Below are positions 44,508 through 53,552 of a stretch of DNA of 64,000 nt, one piece after another. Within the stretch, counting starts at the first letter, position 1; the number at the start of each line of letters is the position of its first letter. The notes beneath the pieces are model-generated. The model was given only the letters and a program-made list of their open reading frames with translations, did not search any database and was not told the DNA's origin. The DNA comes from Acidobacteriota bacterium (GTDB lineage Bacteria > Acidobacteriota > Vicinamibacteria > Vicinamibacterales > SCN-69-37): assembly GCA_039933635.1 (NCBI GenBank), contig JBDTNQ010000005.1:33602-97601 (forward strand). The letters run 5' to 3'. A program made the position numbers and the translations under genes.

Positions 44508-45961
44508 CGCCGCTGCCACTACGAACCAAGCTCACCCTCATCTACACGGCCATCCTCGCGCTGCTCGTCACGGCGCTCAGCGTCACCTACTACCGCGTCT
44601 TGGCGCTGCAGCTCGACGCGGACGCGACCGCCGATCTCAGCGAGTTGACCAGCGGGCTCCACGGCTATCTGCACGTGGAGGACGGCCAGCCCGTGCTGGT
44701 GTACGACAAGACCGATCCCGATCAGGTCGCGTTCGTCGAGGCCGCCAGCCGGTACTACCAGGTGTTCGACGCCGACACGGCCGAGCTGCTGGCGCAGTCG
44801 ACGGCGATGCAGCCGCTGGGGCTCCGCTACACGCCGGCCGAGGTGAAGGCGTTTCACGAGCACCCGCACAACGTCGACGTGGAAACCGATCGCGGTCGCG
44901 TCCGTCTGTCGAACAGCCTCGTGTCTCCAGGGTCTGGCGCGACGTATCTCCTGCAGGTGGGTGTGTCGCTTGCGAAGGCCGATTCGGCGCTGCAGCGGTT
45001 TCTGACGCTGCTGCTGTGGAGCGTTCCGGCCAGCGTGGTGCTGCTGCTCGTCGTGGGACGAGTCATGGCGGGCCGGTCGCTCGCGCCGCTGGCCGACCTG
45101 GCGCGGCGCACCCGCGCGATCACCGTGACCGATCTGGCCCAACGGTTGCCCGTGCGGGGCGCCAACGACGAACTGGACAACGTCGCCGAGGCCTTCAACG
45201 ACACGCTCGCGCGTCTCGAGCACGCGATTGGCGAGATGAAGCAGTTCAGCACGGCGATCGCTCACGAGTTGCGCACCCCGGTGGCGGCGCTCCGCGGCGA
45301 GACGGAACTGGCGTTGCTCCGCGCGACCTCGGTGCAGGACTACCGTCGCGCGCTCGAAAGCCAATTGGAGGAGTTCGACAAACTCACGCGGCTCATCACG
45401 CAGCTGCTGACGCTGGCGCGAGCGGAGAGCGGCCAGATCCCGCTCACCGCCAACCCCGTGGACCTCGCGGCGCTCGCCGCGTCCGTGGTGGACGCCCTGG
45501 AGCCGGTCGCCCAGGCACGCGAGATCGATCTGGTGTGCGACCGTATCGAGCCGGCCATCGCGGAGGGCGATCAGGAGTGGCTCGAACGGCTGCTGCTCAA
45601 CCTGCTCGACAACGCCATCAAGTTCACCGGCGCCGGAGGACGGATCGCGGTCAGTGTCTGGCCGGAGGCCGGCTTCGCACACCTGGCGATTCGCGATACC
45701 GGCGTCGGCATCGCGTCCGAGGCGCTGCCCCGCATCTTCGAGCGCTTCTATCGCGTCGATCAGGCACGCTCGTCGCCCGCGGAAGGCGTGGGGCTCGGTC
45801 TCTCCCTGGTCAAGTGGATCATCGATCGGCACCACGGCACGGTCGCCGTCGAAAGCCGTCCTGGCGAGGGCACAACCATCACGGTGCGGATTCCAGGGGC
45901 GCACGGACGGGATGGGGCTGGTGGTTCAAGACCCGGCGACGGAAGAGACCGGGCCTGGTAG
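44504..45961 (+). CDS. Sensor histidine kinase, CusS-like (heavy-metal sensor kinase type)
   Basis: GTGA overlap with the regulator gene. N-terminal LRTKLTLIYTAILALLV, then HAMP, H-box (FSTAIAHELRTPVAAL) and HATPase (DTGVGI, GVGLGLSLV). The last ~20 codons read into an intergenic-type repeat. Confidence 0.8.
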   Translation: MTPLPLRTKLTLIYTAILALLVTALSVTYYRVLALQLDADATADLSELTSGLHGYLHVEDGQPVLVYDKTDPDQVAFVEAASRYYQVFDADTAELLAQSTAMQPLGLRYTPAEVKAFHEHPHNVDVETDRGRVRLSNSLVSPGSGATYLLQVGVSLAKADSALQRFLTLLLWSVPASVVLLLVVGRVMAGRSLAPLADLARRTRAITVTDLAQRLPVRGANDELDNVAEAFNDTLARLEHAIGEMKQFSTAIAHELRTPVAALRGETELALLRATSVQDYRRALESQLEEFDKLTRLITQLLTLARAESGQIPLTANPVDLAALAASVVDALEPVAQAREIDLVCDRIEPAIAEGDQEWLERLLLNLLDNAIKFTGAGGRIAVSVWPEAGFAHLAIRDTGVGIASEALPRIFERFYRVDQARSSPAEGVGLGLSLVKWIIDRHHGTVAVESRPGEGTTITVRIPGAHGRDGAGGSRPGDGRDRAW

Positions 45962-46033
45962 TTCAAGACCCGGGAAGCGAAGGAGACCCGGGAGGCGAAA
46001 GAGACCGGGTCTGGCAGTTCAAGACCCGGTCTC
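45915..46033 (+). repeat. Tandem cluster of three copies (one perfect, two degenerate) of hairpin repeat family 1
   Basis: The GTTCAAGACCCGG core occurs at 45924, 45961 and 46017. The perfect copy AGAGACCGGGTCT-GGCAGTTCAA-GACCCGGTCTC is at 46000-46033. The cluster spans the 3-prime end of the kinase ORF and the intergenic spacer. Confidence 0.75.
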
Positions 46034-46046
46034 ATAACATAGCCCG

Positions 46047-46859
46047 ATGGATCGCCGTGAATTCGTGTCCGCTGCAATCGTGGCCGGAGGCAGCTTGATG
46101 GCGGGGACCGCCTCGGCAGGCGCGTCAACGACCTCCCGGCAGAATCGACCGTTGCAGTACTTCGAGCTTCGTCACTACCAGTTGCGACGCGGACCGCAGA
46201 CGCAGGTGCTCGACGATTACCTGAACCAGGCCGCGATTCCGGCGATGCACCGGGCCGGGATCGGGCCGGTGGGCGTGTTCAACGTGATGATTGGCCCGCG
46301 CAGTCCCGCGCTGACTGTTCTCATCGTGCACCCGACGTTCGAGAGTGTCTCCACGCTACCGGCCAGGCTGGCGGCCGACGCGGAGTACCAGCGCGCGGCC
46401 GCGACGTATCTCAACGCACCCGCCACCAATCCCGCGTACGTGCGGATCGATTCCTCGCTGCTTCGCGCCTTCTCGGGGATGCCCGCCCTGGAACTGCCCT
46501 TCGGCGGCGGCGAGGCGGGGCGCCGCAGCCGCATCTTCGAGCTGCGCACCTACGAGAGCCACAGCGAGGCAGCGGGGCGGAAGAAGATCGAGATCTTCAA
46601 CACTGCCGAGATGGCGCTGTTTCGCCGCGCCGGCATGCATCCGGTCTTCTTCGGCGAGACCATCGTCGGTGCGTCGATGCCGAACCTCACCTACATGCTC
46701 GTCTACGAGGATATGGCCGCGCACGACAAGCAGTGGGCCGCCTTCGCCGCCGACCCCGAGTGGCGCACACTCTCCACGACTCCCGGCAACACGGACCCGG
46801 AGATCGTGGCCAACATCACGAACACCTACCTCCGGCCGACGCCGTATTCGGAAATCTGA
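46047..46859 (+). CDS. Tat-exported NIPSNAP family protein (two NIPSNAP modules)
   Basis: DRREFVSAAIVAGGSLMAG Tat-like signal. Two modules: YFELRHYQLRRG... and IFELRTYESHS... Confidence 0.75.
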   Translation: MDRREFVSAAIVAGGSLMAGTASAGASTTSRQNRPLQYFELRHYQLRRGPQTQVLDDYLNQAAIPAMHRAGIGPVGVFNVMIGPRSPALTVLIVHPTFESVSTLPARLAADAEYQRAAATYLNAPATNPAYVRIDSSLLRAFSGMPALELPFGGGEAGRRSRIFELRTYESHSEAAGRKKIEIFNTAEMALFRRAGMHPVFFGETIVGASMPNLTYMLVYEDMAAHDKQWAAFAADPEWRTLSTTPGNTDPEIVANITNTYLRPTPYSEI

Positions 46860-46893
46860 AGCCGCCGCTCTGTCGGAAGACCTGAGACCGTCC

Positions 46894-48225
46894 CTACTCC
46901 TGCGCCAGCACGTCGATGCAGAGCACGTAGAGCATGTTGTTGCGCGCGTCACGGAAGTACGTGCTGATCGTTCGGCTGATGTTGCCGCTGGCGAATGACA
47001 CGTACGGGTCCGTCGTGTACTTCTGCAGTTCGACGTCGAGGAGGATGTAGTAGTACTCCTTCAACGAATGATCGGTGCCCCGCGGGGCCGGCTTGAAGAT
47101 CGTTCCCTCCTCACGCCGCTTCAGGTTCGGGTTCCACACCGTGTCCGTGATCTGAACGCCCGAACCGTCGAGCACGTACACGCACTCGACCGCCGGGTAG
47201 GTCCCGATGGCGGCCTGCAGCAGGTCGTCGAACTGCTCGACCTCCGCGTTCGCCAGGTGACAGAGGATCTCGTTGAGCAGGATGTTGAACCGCCGGTGCT
47301 GGAGCTTCCGGTGGTTGATCTTCTGCACCATGTAGCTCTTGAAGGCTTGCGCCAGGGAACGGATCCCCAGCCGCGCGTGCGCCGAGCCGTCCCGCAGCAC
47401 CGTCGCGCGCGGCTCGGGGCGACCGAGCAGATAGCCCTGCAGCAGATCCGCACCGAGTTCGAGCGCCACGATGGCCTCACGCTGCGTCTCCAGACCTTCC
47501 GCGATCACCAGCGCGCCGATGCGGCGGCTGAGGCCCACCAGACTCTTCAACGTTTCCTGTTTGTGAAAGTCGGAGTCGATCTGCATCACGAGGCTGCGAT
47601 CGATCTTGAGGATGTCCGGCTTCAGCAGCGGCACCCGGTCCAGGTTCGAGTGCCCCGCCCCCACATCGTCGAGCACGACCAGGAAGCCCTCGCGCCGGAG
47701 GCCCTCGACGAGGCGACGAAGGCGATCGACATCGTCGACCTTGTCTTCGAGAACCTCGATGGCGACCTGCGTCGGCGACATGCCGACGCCGCGGACGTGC
47801 GACGTCAGGCGCTCGACGACGGAGCGGTCATCGAGGGTGACCCATGATCCGAGATTGACGAAAAGCACATGGTCATCACGCCGATGGGGGAGATGCGCGA
47901 ACCGCTCGATCGCCTTCTCGCAGCAGTGCCGCTCCAGTTCCGCGAGCAGACCCTCCTCGGCGGCGTGCTGAAACAGCCACGGCGCGCCGACGACCGATCC
48001 ACCCGGTAGCGGCACGCGCGCAAGCGCCTCGACGCCGAGGATCGCGCGTTGACGAGCCGAGAGAATGGGCTGGAAGTAGGTGACGATGCGATCGTCACGC
48101 AGGACGTCCCGGACGGAGAGGGGCGCGGTCCCCGCTACTCCGCCCGGAACATGACGGTGCGATTCGACAAAATCGGGCAAACCCGCGACTGGGAACTGTG
48201 AAGCCGGCGACATGCCCACATGCAA
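46894..48225 (-). CDS. EAL-domain c-di-GMP phosphodiesterase with C-terminal PAS/Cache-like domain (YkuI-like architecture)
   Basis: All EAL catalytic motifs are present (FQPIL, GVEALAR, FVNLG, EVLED, DDVGAGHSNL, KIDRSL, EGLET, QGYLLGRP). The C-terminal ~140 aa carries a Cache-like signature (YVLDGSGVQITD...TTDPYVSFASGNISRTIS). No TM segment. Confidence 0.8.
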   Translation of the reverse strand: MHVGMSPASQFPVAGLPDFVESHRHVPGGVAGTAPLSVRDVLRDDRIVTYFQPILSARQRAILGVEALARVPLPGGSVVGAPWLFQHAAEEGLLAELERHCCEKAIERFAHLPHRRDDHVLFVNLGSWVTLDDRSVVERLTSHVRGVGMSPTQVAIEVLEDKVDDVDRLRRLVEGLRREGFLVVLDDVGAGHSNLDRVPLLKPDILKIDRSLVMQIDSDFHKQETLKSLVGLSRRIGALVIAEGLETQREAIVALELGADLLQGYLLGRPEPRATVLRDGSAHARLGIRSLAQAFKSYMVQKINHRKLQHRRFNILLNEILCHLANAEVEQFDDLLQAAIGTYPAVECVYVLDGSGVQITDTVWNPNLKRREEGTIFKPAPRGTDHSLKEYYYILLDVELQKYTTDPYVSFASGNISRTISTYFRDARNNMLYVLCIDVLAQE

Positions 48226-48309
48226 TCGGCCCAGTGTTCATCGGCTCAAATCGCGACAAAAACGTCCACTCCGCTTCCAGTGCCTGTGGACAAAGATGTC
48301 GGTTGTGGT

Positions 48310-48774
48310 TTAGCGGCCGCGTCTGCCCGCCGCGCCCATTCCGATCACGGGCATCTCGGTCTTGGTGAATCCGGCCGGCACGGCGAACTGGGAAGCCGGA
48401 ATATTGGCGCGACCCGCCTCGGTCACTTCCATGGTGGTCTGGGTTGGCCCGATCTTGAAGACGTGACGGACCGGGAAGCCCGAGAATCCCTGATCCTCCA
48501 TGCGCCCGACGCTGAAGATCTGATCCGCAGATTGCGGCACCATCTTCGAATAGAAGTCGGCCAATTGACGGGTCACGTCGAGGTCGGTCATGCCGAACCC
48601 GAGCGCGGTCTCCGTGCGCATGTGCGTGTTGTCCATCTGCACTTGGAGCGTCTGCGACGTCGTGCCGGTCGTCATCTTCTGGACGAGCTGAATCCCGTCA
48701 GCCGCGTCTGCGCGGCCGGCTAGTCCGCACACGAGCGTGACGGCTGCTGCGATAAGAACAGGTCTGGAAATCAC
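48310..48774 (-). CDS. Secreted hypothetical protein (possibly DUF4412-like)
   Basis: 154 aa with a signal peptide (LIAAAVTLVCGLAGRADA). Beta-rich, with a basic Gly-rich tail. Confidence 0.45.
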   Translation of the reverse strand: MISRPVLIAAAVTLVCGLAGRADAADGIQLVQKMTTGTTSQTLQVQMDNTHMRTETALGFGMTDLDVTRQLADFYSKMVPQSADQIFSVGRMEDQGFSGFPVRHVFKIGPTQTTMEVTEAGRANIPASQFAVPAGFTKTEMPVIGMGAAGRRGR

Positions 48775-48805
48775 ACGTCCTCCTCATGCCAAGGATCGGC
48801 CCAAC

Positions 48806-49621
48806 TCATTGCACCACATTCGCGCGCACGCGGGAGAGCGTGAACGTCATGAACTCCCTGGGCACGCCCGTGACGAACGGCTTGATGAACCAGGAGACAC
48901 CGAAGGGGATCCCACGTGTCAGGGTGATCGACTCACACTGCTCCAGGCTGCCCTCGGGCCGTTGATCGAACCCGCATGACATCCAGAAGCGCCACAGGAA
49001 TCCTGATGTCTGATCCGCGGGCACCCGACGCTCCGTTCCAGTCCCGGCGCCCTGGACTTGATAGATATTCGTCGCCAGGTTCGTCGTCCACACGCGCGTC
49101 GGACTGAGGCGGTGGTAGTCGACCACGTAGTCGATGTCCATGACGACGGTGATGACCTTCTTGACGGAGGTGCGCATCGACACCACGTAGTGGTCCCCGT
49201 CATGCGACAGCACACGCGCACGCTGAATCATCGGATCGAACACTCGCGGGTAGTTGTCGTACGCCTGCACGAAGGACAGCGCGCGGTCGACCGGCACGTT
49301 CGGCATCATCACACTGCCGATCCAGTGATGAATCATGCCGTCGTCGACGTCGAAGGACCGGCCCTGATCCAGTGTCTGCATCTGCTCCGTGACGACTTCA
49401 CCTTGTCGCAGCCGCGTCATCAGCGCGTCGCGTGTCGGGGGCGGTTGGCGATCGATCCAGAGAAACGGTGACGAGCCGGCGCGCTCACCGGCGAGCCGCT
49501 GCTCGGTGAGCGCGACGTAGCGTTCGTAGGCCTTCAGCGTGGCCGGCTTGAGGTCACGAGCCAGCGTCGTCACCGTGAGGCACAGCGCGATCGCCAGGAA
49601 GGTCCACGAAGGCGTCCTCAT
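48806..49621 (-). CDS. Secreted hypothetical protein (possibly SRPBCC/START-like fold)
   Basis: 271 aa with a signal peptide (FLAIALCLTVTTLA). ATGA overlap with the upstream DUF1593 gene. The fold guess rests only on length and the alternating beta pattern. Confidence 0.4.
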   Translation of the reverse strand: MRTPSWTFLAIALCLTVTTLARDLKPATLKAYERYVALTEQRLAGERAGSSPFLWIDRQPPPTRDALMTRLRQGEVVTEQMQTLDQGRSFDVDDGMIHHWIGSVMMPNVPVDRALSFVQAYDNYPRVFDPMIQRARVLSHDGDHYVVSMRTSVKKVITVVMDIDYVVDYHRLSPTRVWTTNLATNIYQVQGAGTGTERRVPADQTSGFLWRFWMSCGFDQRPEGSLEQCESITLTRGIPFGVSWFIKPFVTGVPREFMTFTLSRVRANVVQ

Positions 49622-51231
49622 TTGATCGTCAGTATGACCCGCCTGTAGGCGGTCAAGCTTGGCGTGCCATTGTCCTCGACGGCCAGAATCAGGTGCGCGA
49701 TGCCGGGCGTGCGGGGAAATACGATCGCCTTCGGTGTGCTGCCGTTCCGGATGATCACGCGATCGGGAGGCTGGCGCGCGCCACCGGCCGCCGCTGACGG
49801 GATGCCGCCCTCATCGCGATTGCCGCCACCGCCAATCGGCACAGGCGGGCCCGCGAAGACCGGGCGCATGGGGATGCCGCTGCCGGCTTCGGCGTAGAAG
49901 AACCAGGAGTAGGTGAGCGCGTTGTGATCCGGATCGCTCGTGCCGGCGGCGTCGAGCGTGACGGGTGCTCCGGCCTGGACGTCCATCATCAGGGGCGCCT
50001 TGCCCGCCTGGCCGTTGATGACGACGGTCGGATTGTGGTTCGCGTGCGCGACATCGTTCATCGTCCAACTCATCCGGGCCGCGAAATCGTGCTGAAACGC
50101 CGTGCGCCACCGCCAGATTGTCGCCTGGTCCGACGTGTGCGGCATGCCGTCGATACCGAGGACGGTGTCGCGCGAACTGTCCTTGCCGGGATAGGCGTCA
50201 CCGCCCTGCGTCCACGAGGGGCGCGACTCGCCGTAGTACTGGCGCCACACGTAGCGTCCGCCCCAGCCGCCGTAGGCCGGACTCATCGCGCTCGCAAGGC
50301 CGTTGTTGATCAATCCGAGAAACGATGGCGTGTCACCCTCGTGAATGCAGCAGGGATGGATGTAGACATGGCCGAGCGGGCCTTTGCTGCGGATGTTGGC
50401 GTTCACCCAGTCGTCGGTGAACGTCGTGAAATCCGCGCCGTCGGCGTTGCGGTAGAAGCGATCGCCGCTGATGCCGGTCCAGGTCGCCTGCGCGTATTGA
50501 TCGCCGTCGGGCGTCGAGGGAATCGCGATGTAGGCGAGTGTCGGAAACTCGCGCCGAATCCACGGGCCGGCATCGTCCTGATCGGAAATGGCGTAGACGC
50601 GAAGCCTGGACACGAACGTCTGCACTTGATCTGCGGGACGTGTCTCACGGATGCGCAGGAGCGCCTGCGCCAGCGTGTTGCTACCGCCCCAGGCGAGCAC
50701 CCACAGCGGCCGAGCGTCGGCGCGATCGACGGCCTGAATGATGTGTTCGGCACCGGGTGACATCTTGTCCGTGCCCACCGCTGCCATCCCATACCCGGAC
50801 TGACCCGTTGTCACGAGCGCACGGAGCGCCGTGGCTGTCGGGTATCCAGCCGCATGGGTCGCCAAGGTTGGTTGCACCTGGTCGTACGCGTCGATGACGT
50901 GTTGAATCACGTCCGGCCGCACCGTGTTACGCATCCACGTCGACGTGCCCGCGATGAGCCCTTCGACGTCGAACTCATTGGCGTAGACGAGGAACCGGAC
51001 CATCGACATCTGATCGTCCGGTTCGTTGGCGATGTCCGTGAGGACGATTACGCGCGTCCTGTCGACGAATGGGTCAACGCGTGCGGCAATGGCCGTGAAC
51101 GTCTCGGCCGTCGGCGCGGACGGCGGGATCGGGCCCGCAGGGGCCTCGACCTGGCGGCAGGCGGCGAGGGCTGCAATGGCCGCCGACGCGATCAGAAGCA
51201 AGCACGTGACGCGAGCGAAGGATGTCGTCAT
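49618..51231 (-). CDS. DUF1593 (nucleoside-hydrolase-like domain) lipoprotein
   Basis: Lipobox-like signal (AALAAC). The sequence VLTDIANEPDDQMSMVRFLVYANEFDVEGLIAGTS is typical of DUF1593, followed by a C-terminal Ig-like region. Confidence 0.7.
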   Translation of the reverse strand: MTTSFARVTCLLLIASAAIAALAACRQVEAPAGPIPPSAPTAETFTAIAARVDPFVDRTRVIVLTDIANEPDDQMSMVRFLVYANEFDVEGLIAGTSTWMRNTVRPDVIQHVIDAYDQVQPTLATHAAGYPTATALRALVTTGQSGYGMAAVGTDKMSPGAEHIIQAVDRADARPLWVLAWGGSNTLAQALLRIRETRPADQVQTFVSRLRVYAISDQDDAGPWIRREFPTLAYIAIPSTPDGDQYAQATWTGISGDRFYRNADGADFTTFTDDWVNANIRSKGPLGHVYIHPCCIHEGDTPSFLGLINNGLASAMSPAYGGWGGRYVWRQYYGESRPSWTQGGDAYPGKDSSRDTVLGIDGMPHTSDQATIWRWRTAFQHDFAARMSWTMNDVAHANHNPTVVINGQAGKAPLMMDVQAGAPVTLDAAGTSDPDHNALTYSWFFYAEAGSGIPMRPVFAGPPVPIGGGGNRDEGGIPSAAAGGARQPPDRVIIRNGSTPKAIVFPRTPGIAHLILAVEDNGTPSLTAYRRVILTIK

Positions 51232-51406
51232 GACGGGCTCGGGGGTGACCCTCGAATGTTATCCCGACGAATGTCCACGCGCTCCACTTCGCTACCGCGT
51301 CGTCGCGATGTGTACCGTGGCGGCTGTTGTCCCACGGACAATCGCCGTCGAGGGCGCTGCCGCGAGACGCTCGAGCTGGGCGGCAGTGATGATCGGCCTG
51401 GGTGCC

Positions 51407-52393
51407 CTACCAGTTCTCGTGCACGATCGGCCGGATGCGCTGGTCGTAGATGCGGATGGCCTCGGCCATCACGGCGGGACTTAGTGGCGGCAGATCGGCT
51501 GCGGTGGCGTTGCTGCGCGCCTGCGCCGGGGTCTTGGCGCCGGGGATCGCGCACGAAATGGCGTCGAACATGAGGATCCATCGCAGCGCGAACTGACTGA
51601 GAGCGGCGCCGCTCGGCGCGAGCCCACGGATGGCGTCCACCGCTTCGAGCGCGACGTCATATGGCACGCCGGAGAACGTCTCGCCCTTATCGAAGCGCTG
51701 CCCCTCGCGATTGAAGCCGCGGTGATCGTCTTCGGCGAACGTCGTGTGCGGGCCGAACTTGCCGGTGAGCAACCCGCTCGCGAGCGGCACACGCGCAATG
51801 ATGCCCACCTTCGCCGCGCGCGCCTCCGAAAAAAAGCGCTCGGCCGGTTTCAGCCGGAACATGTTGAAGATGATCTGGACCGTCTCGACGTTGGGATACC
51901 GAATCGCCTGCAGCGCCTCGTCCACCGTCTCGACGCTCACCCCGTAGTGGCGGAGCTTGCCGGCCGTGACGAGGTCGTCGAGGTACCCGAACACGTCGGG
52001 CCTCTCGTAGACCTGAGGATGCGGGCAGTGGAGCTGGAGAAGATCGATCGCATCCACCTCCAGGTTCGTGAGGCTGCGATCGATCCAGCTGGTGAGGTGT
52101 TCGCGCGTGTAGCCATCGGCTGTCTGCGCCGGCAGGCGCCGGCCCGCCTTCGTCGCGACGACGATCTGATCGCGCGGACGCTCGCGCCGCACGCGGGCGA
52201 TCAGCCGCTCGCTGCGACCGTCGCCGTAGACGTCGGCGGTGTCGATGAAGTTCACGCCGCAATCGATGGCGGTGTTCAGCGCCTGCAGCGACTCCGTGTC
52301 GTCGACGGCGCCCCAGGCGCCACCAATGGCCCAGGCGCCGAAACTGATGGCCGACACGGACATCCCCGTGCGGCCGAGAGGACGAAATTGCAT
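51407..52393 (-). CDS. Aldo/keto reductase
   Basis: MQFRPLGRTGMSVSAISFGAWAIGG, IDTADVYGDGRSE and DLLQLHCP. Confidence 0.85.
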   Translation of the reverse strand: MQFRPLGRTGMSVSAISFGAWAIGGAWGAVDDTESLQALNTAIDCGVNFIDTADVYGDGRSERLIARVRRERPRDQIVVATKAGRRLPAQTADGYTREHLTSWIDRSLTNLEVDAIDLLQLHCPHPQVYERPDVFGYLDDLVTAGKLRHYGVSVETVDEALQAIRYPNVETVQIIFNMFRLKPAERFFSEARAAKVGIIARVPLASGLLTGKFGPHTTFAEDDHRGFNREGQRFDKGETFSGVPYDVALEAVDAIRGLAPSGAALSQFALRWILMFDAISCAIPGAKTPAQARSNATAADLPPLSPAVMAEAIRIYDQRIRPIVHENW

Positions 52394-52400
52394 AAGGCTC

Positions 52401-53384
52401 CTACGCGGGTTGTCCGCTCTCCGCGCTCCTGAACACGCGATCGATGACGCGCATGTTGGCGAGCGCGTCCGAGAGCGGCGTGGGGACGGGCGTGTCGTCG
52501 AGAATCGCGCGCGAAAAGAGATCGCCCTGAATCTGATACTGGTCGTGCGGGCCGACGCTCAGCACCGTCGTGTCGCGGCCGCGCTGGTGCCAGAGCCAGT
52601 GCGAGGCATCGGGCGGGGCGTTGAAGGGGATTTCGAGCTCGACGCGGCCTTCGGTGCCGAAGATGTTCACACGCTGATAGGACACCAGTTGCGTGCTGCA
52701 CGTGAAGAGCGCCGGCCCGCCGCGAAACTCCAGGATGCCGGACGTCAGCGTGTCCGTCTTGAACGCCGGGTCCAAGGTCGCCGTCGCCATCACGCGCTGC
52801 GGCTCGTCGTCGAACACGAAGCGGGAAAGAGAGATGTTGTAGCAGCCGATGTCCATCAGGCCGCCCCCGCCGATGTCGCGCTGGTTGCGGATGTTGGCCG
52901 CGTCCACGTTGAAGTACGAGAACACCGAGTGAACGGCGCGCAGTTCGCCGATGCCGCCCCCGCGCACGATCTCCATCGTCTTGATCCATTGCGGGTGATG
53001 GCGATACATGAACGCCTCCATCACCTTGAGCCGCGGCACGCGCGCGGACGCCGCCGCAAGACGCTCGGCGTCAGCTGCATCCAGGCCGATGGGCTTCTCG
53101 CAGAGCACGTGCTTGCCCGCCTCGATCGACTGAATCGAGAGCGGCACGTGCAGGTGGTTGGGCAGCGCAATGTAAACCGCATCAATGGCGGGGTCGGCCA
53201 GCAGGGCCTCGTACGAACCGTACGCAGTCGGAATGCCGAGAGGGCCGGCCGCGGCCTGAGCGCGCGACAGATCGCGCGACGCGATCGCATTGATCGCGCA
53301 GTATTTGCCGAGCTGCATCGCCGGAATGGTCTTGAGCAGGCCGATCTTGCCCGTGCCGATCACGCCCCAGCGGATTTTCTCCAT
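52401..53384 (-). CDS. Gfo/Idh/MocA family oxidoreductase
   Basis: Start at the ATG at 53384 (MEKIRWGVIGTGKIG Rossmann motif), plus the EKP motif (LCEKPIG). The longer ORF back to 53669 is a non-homologous extension. Confidence 0.85.
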   Translation of the reverse strand: MEKIRWGVIGTGKIGLLKTIPAMQLGKYCAINAIASRDLSRAQAAAGPLGIPTAYGSYEALLADPAIDAVYIALPNHLHVPLSIQSIEAGKHVLCEKPIGLDAADAERLAAASARVPRLKVMEAFMYRHHPQWIKTMEIVRGGGIGELRAVHSVFSYFNVDAANIRNQRDIGGGGLMDIGCYNISLSRFVFDDEPQRVMATATLDPAFKTDTLTSGILEFRGGPALFTCSTQLVSYQRVNIFGTEGRVELEIPFNAPPDASHWLWHQRGRDTTVLSVGPHDQYQIQGDLFSRAILDDTPVPTPLSDALANMRVIDRVFRSAESGQPA

Positions 53385-53417
53385 GTGTGCGCCTGTCTCC
53401 CTGGAAAGCCCGTCATC

Positions 53418-53552
53418 ATACCCTGCCGCGGCAGACCAAATCGCGGCGGCCGCGTTCCGCCGCAACCAATCAAGCGGTTGATGGCCGCGACGCGCCGGCG
53501 AGCCTGGCGTGCGGTAGGATGAGGCCTCACTTCCATTGATACCTTGCCGCGG
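53418..53552. promoter_or_regulatory. Two copies of a 14-mer ATACCYTGCCGCGG in the divergent Gfo/Idh/MocA - ThuA intergenic region
   Basis: Copies at 53418-53431 and 53539-53552 (13 of 14 identical, same orientation). Each lies about 32-34 nt from the nearer start codon. Confidence 0.35.

Noticed and set aside
45902-45961. The C-terminal tail of the CusS-like kinase (GAHGRDGAGGSRPGDGRDRAW) as a functional low-complexity domain.
   Set aside because: The kinase homology ends at about TITVRIP. The tail is encoded by the intergenic-type repeat array and is most simply explained as read-through into it.
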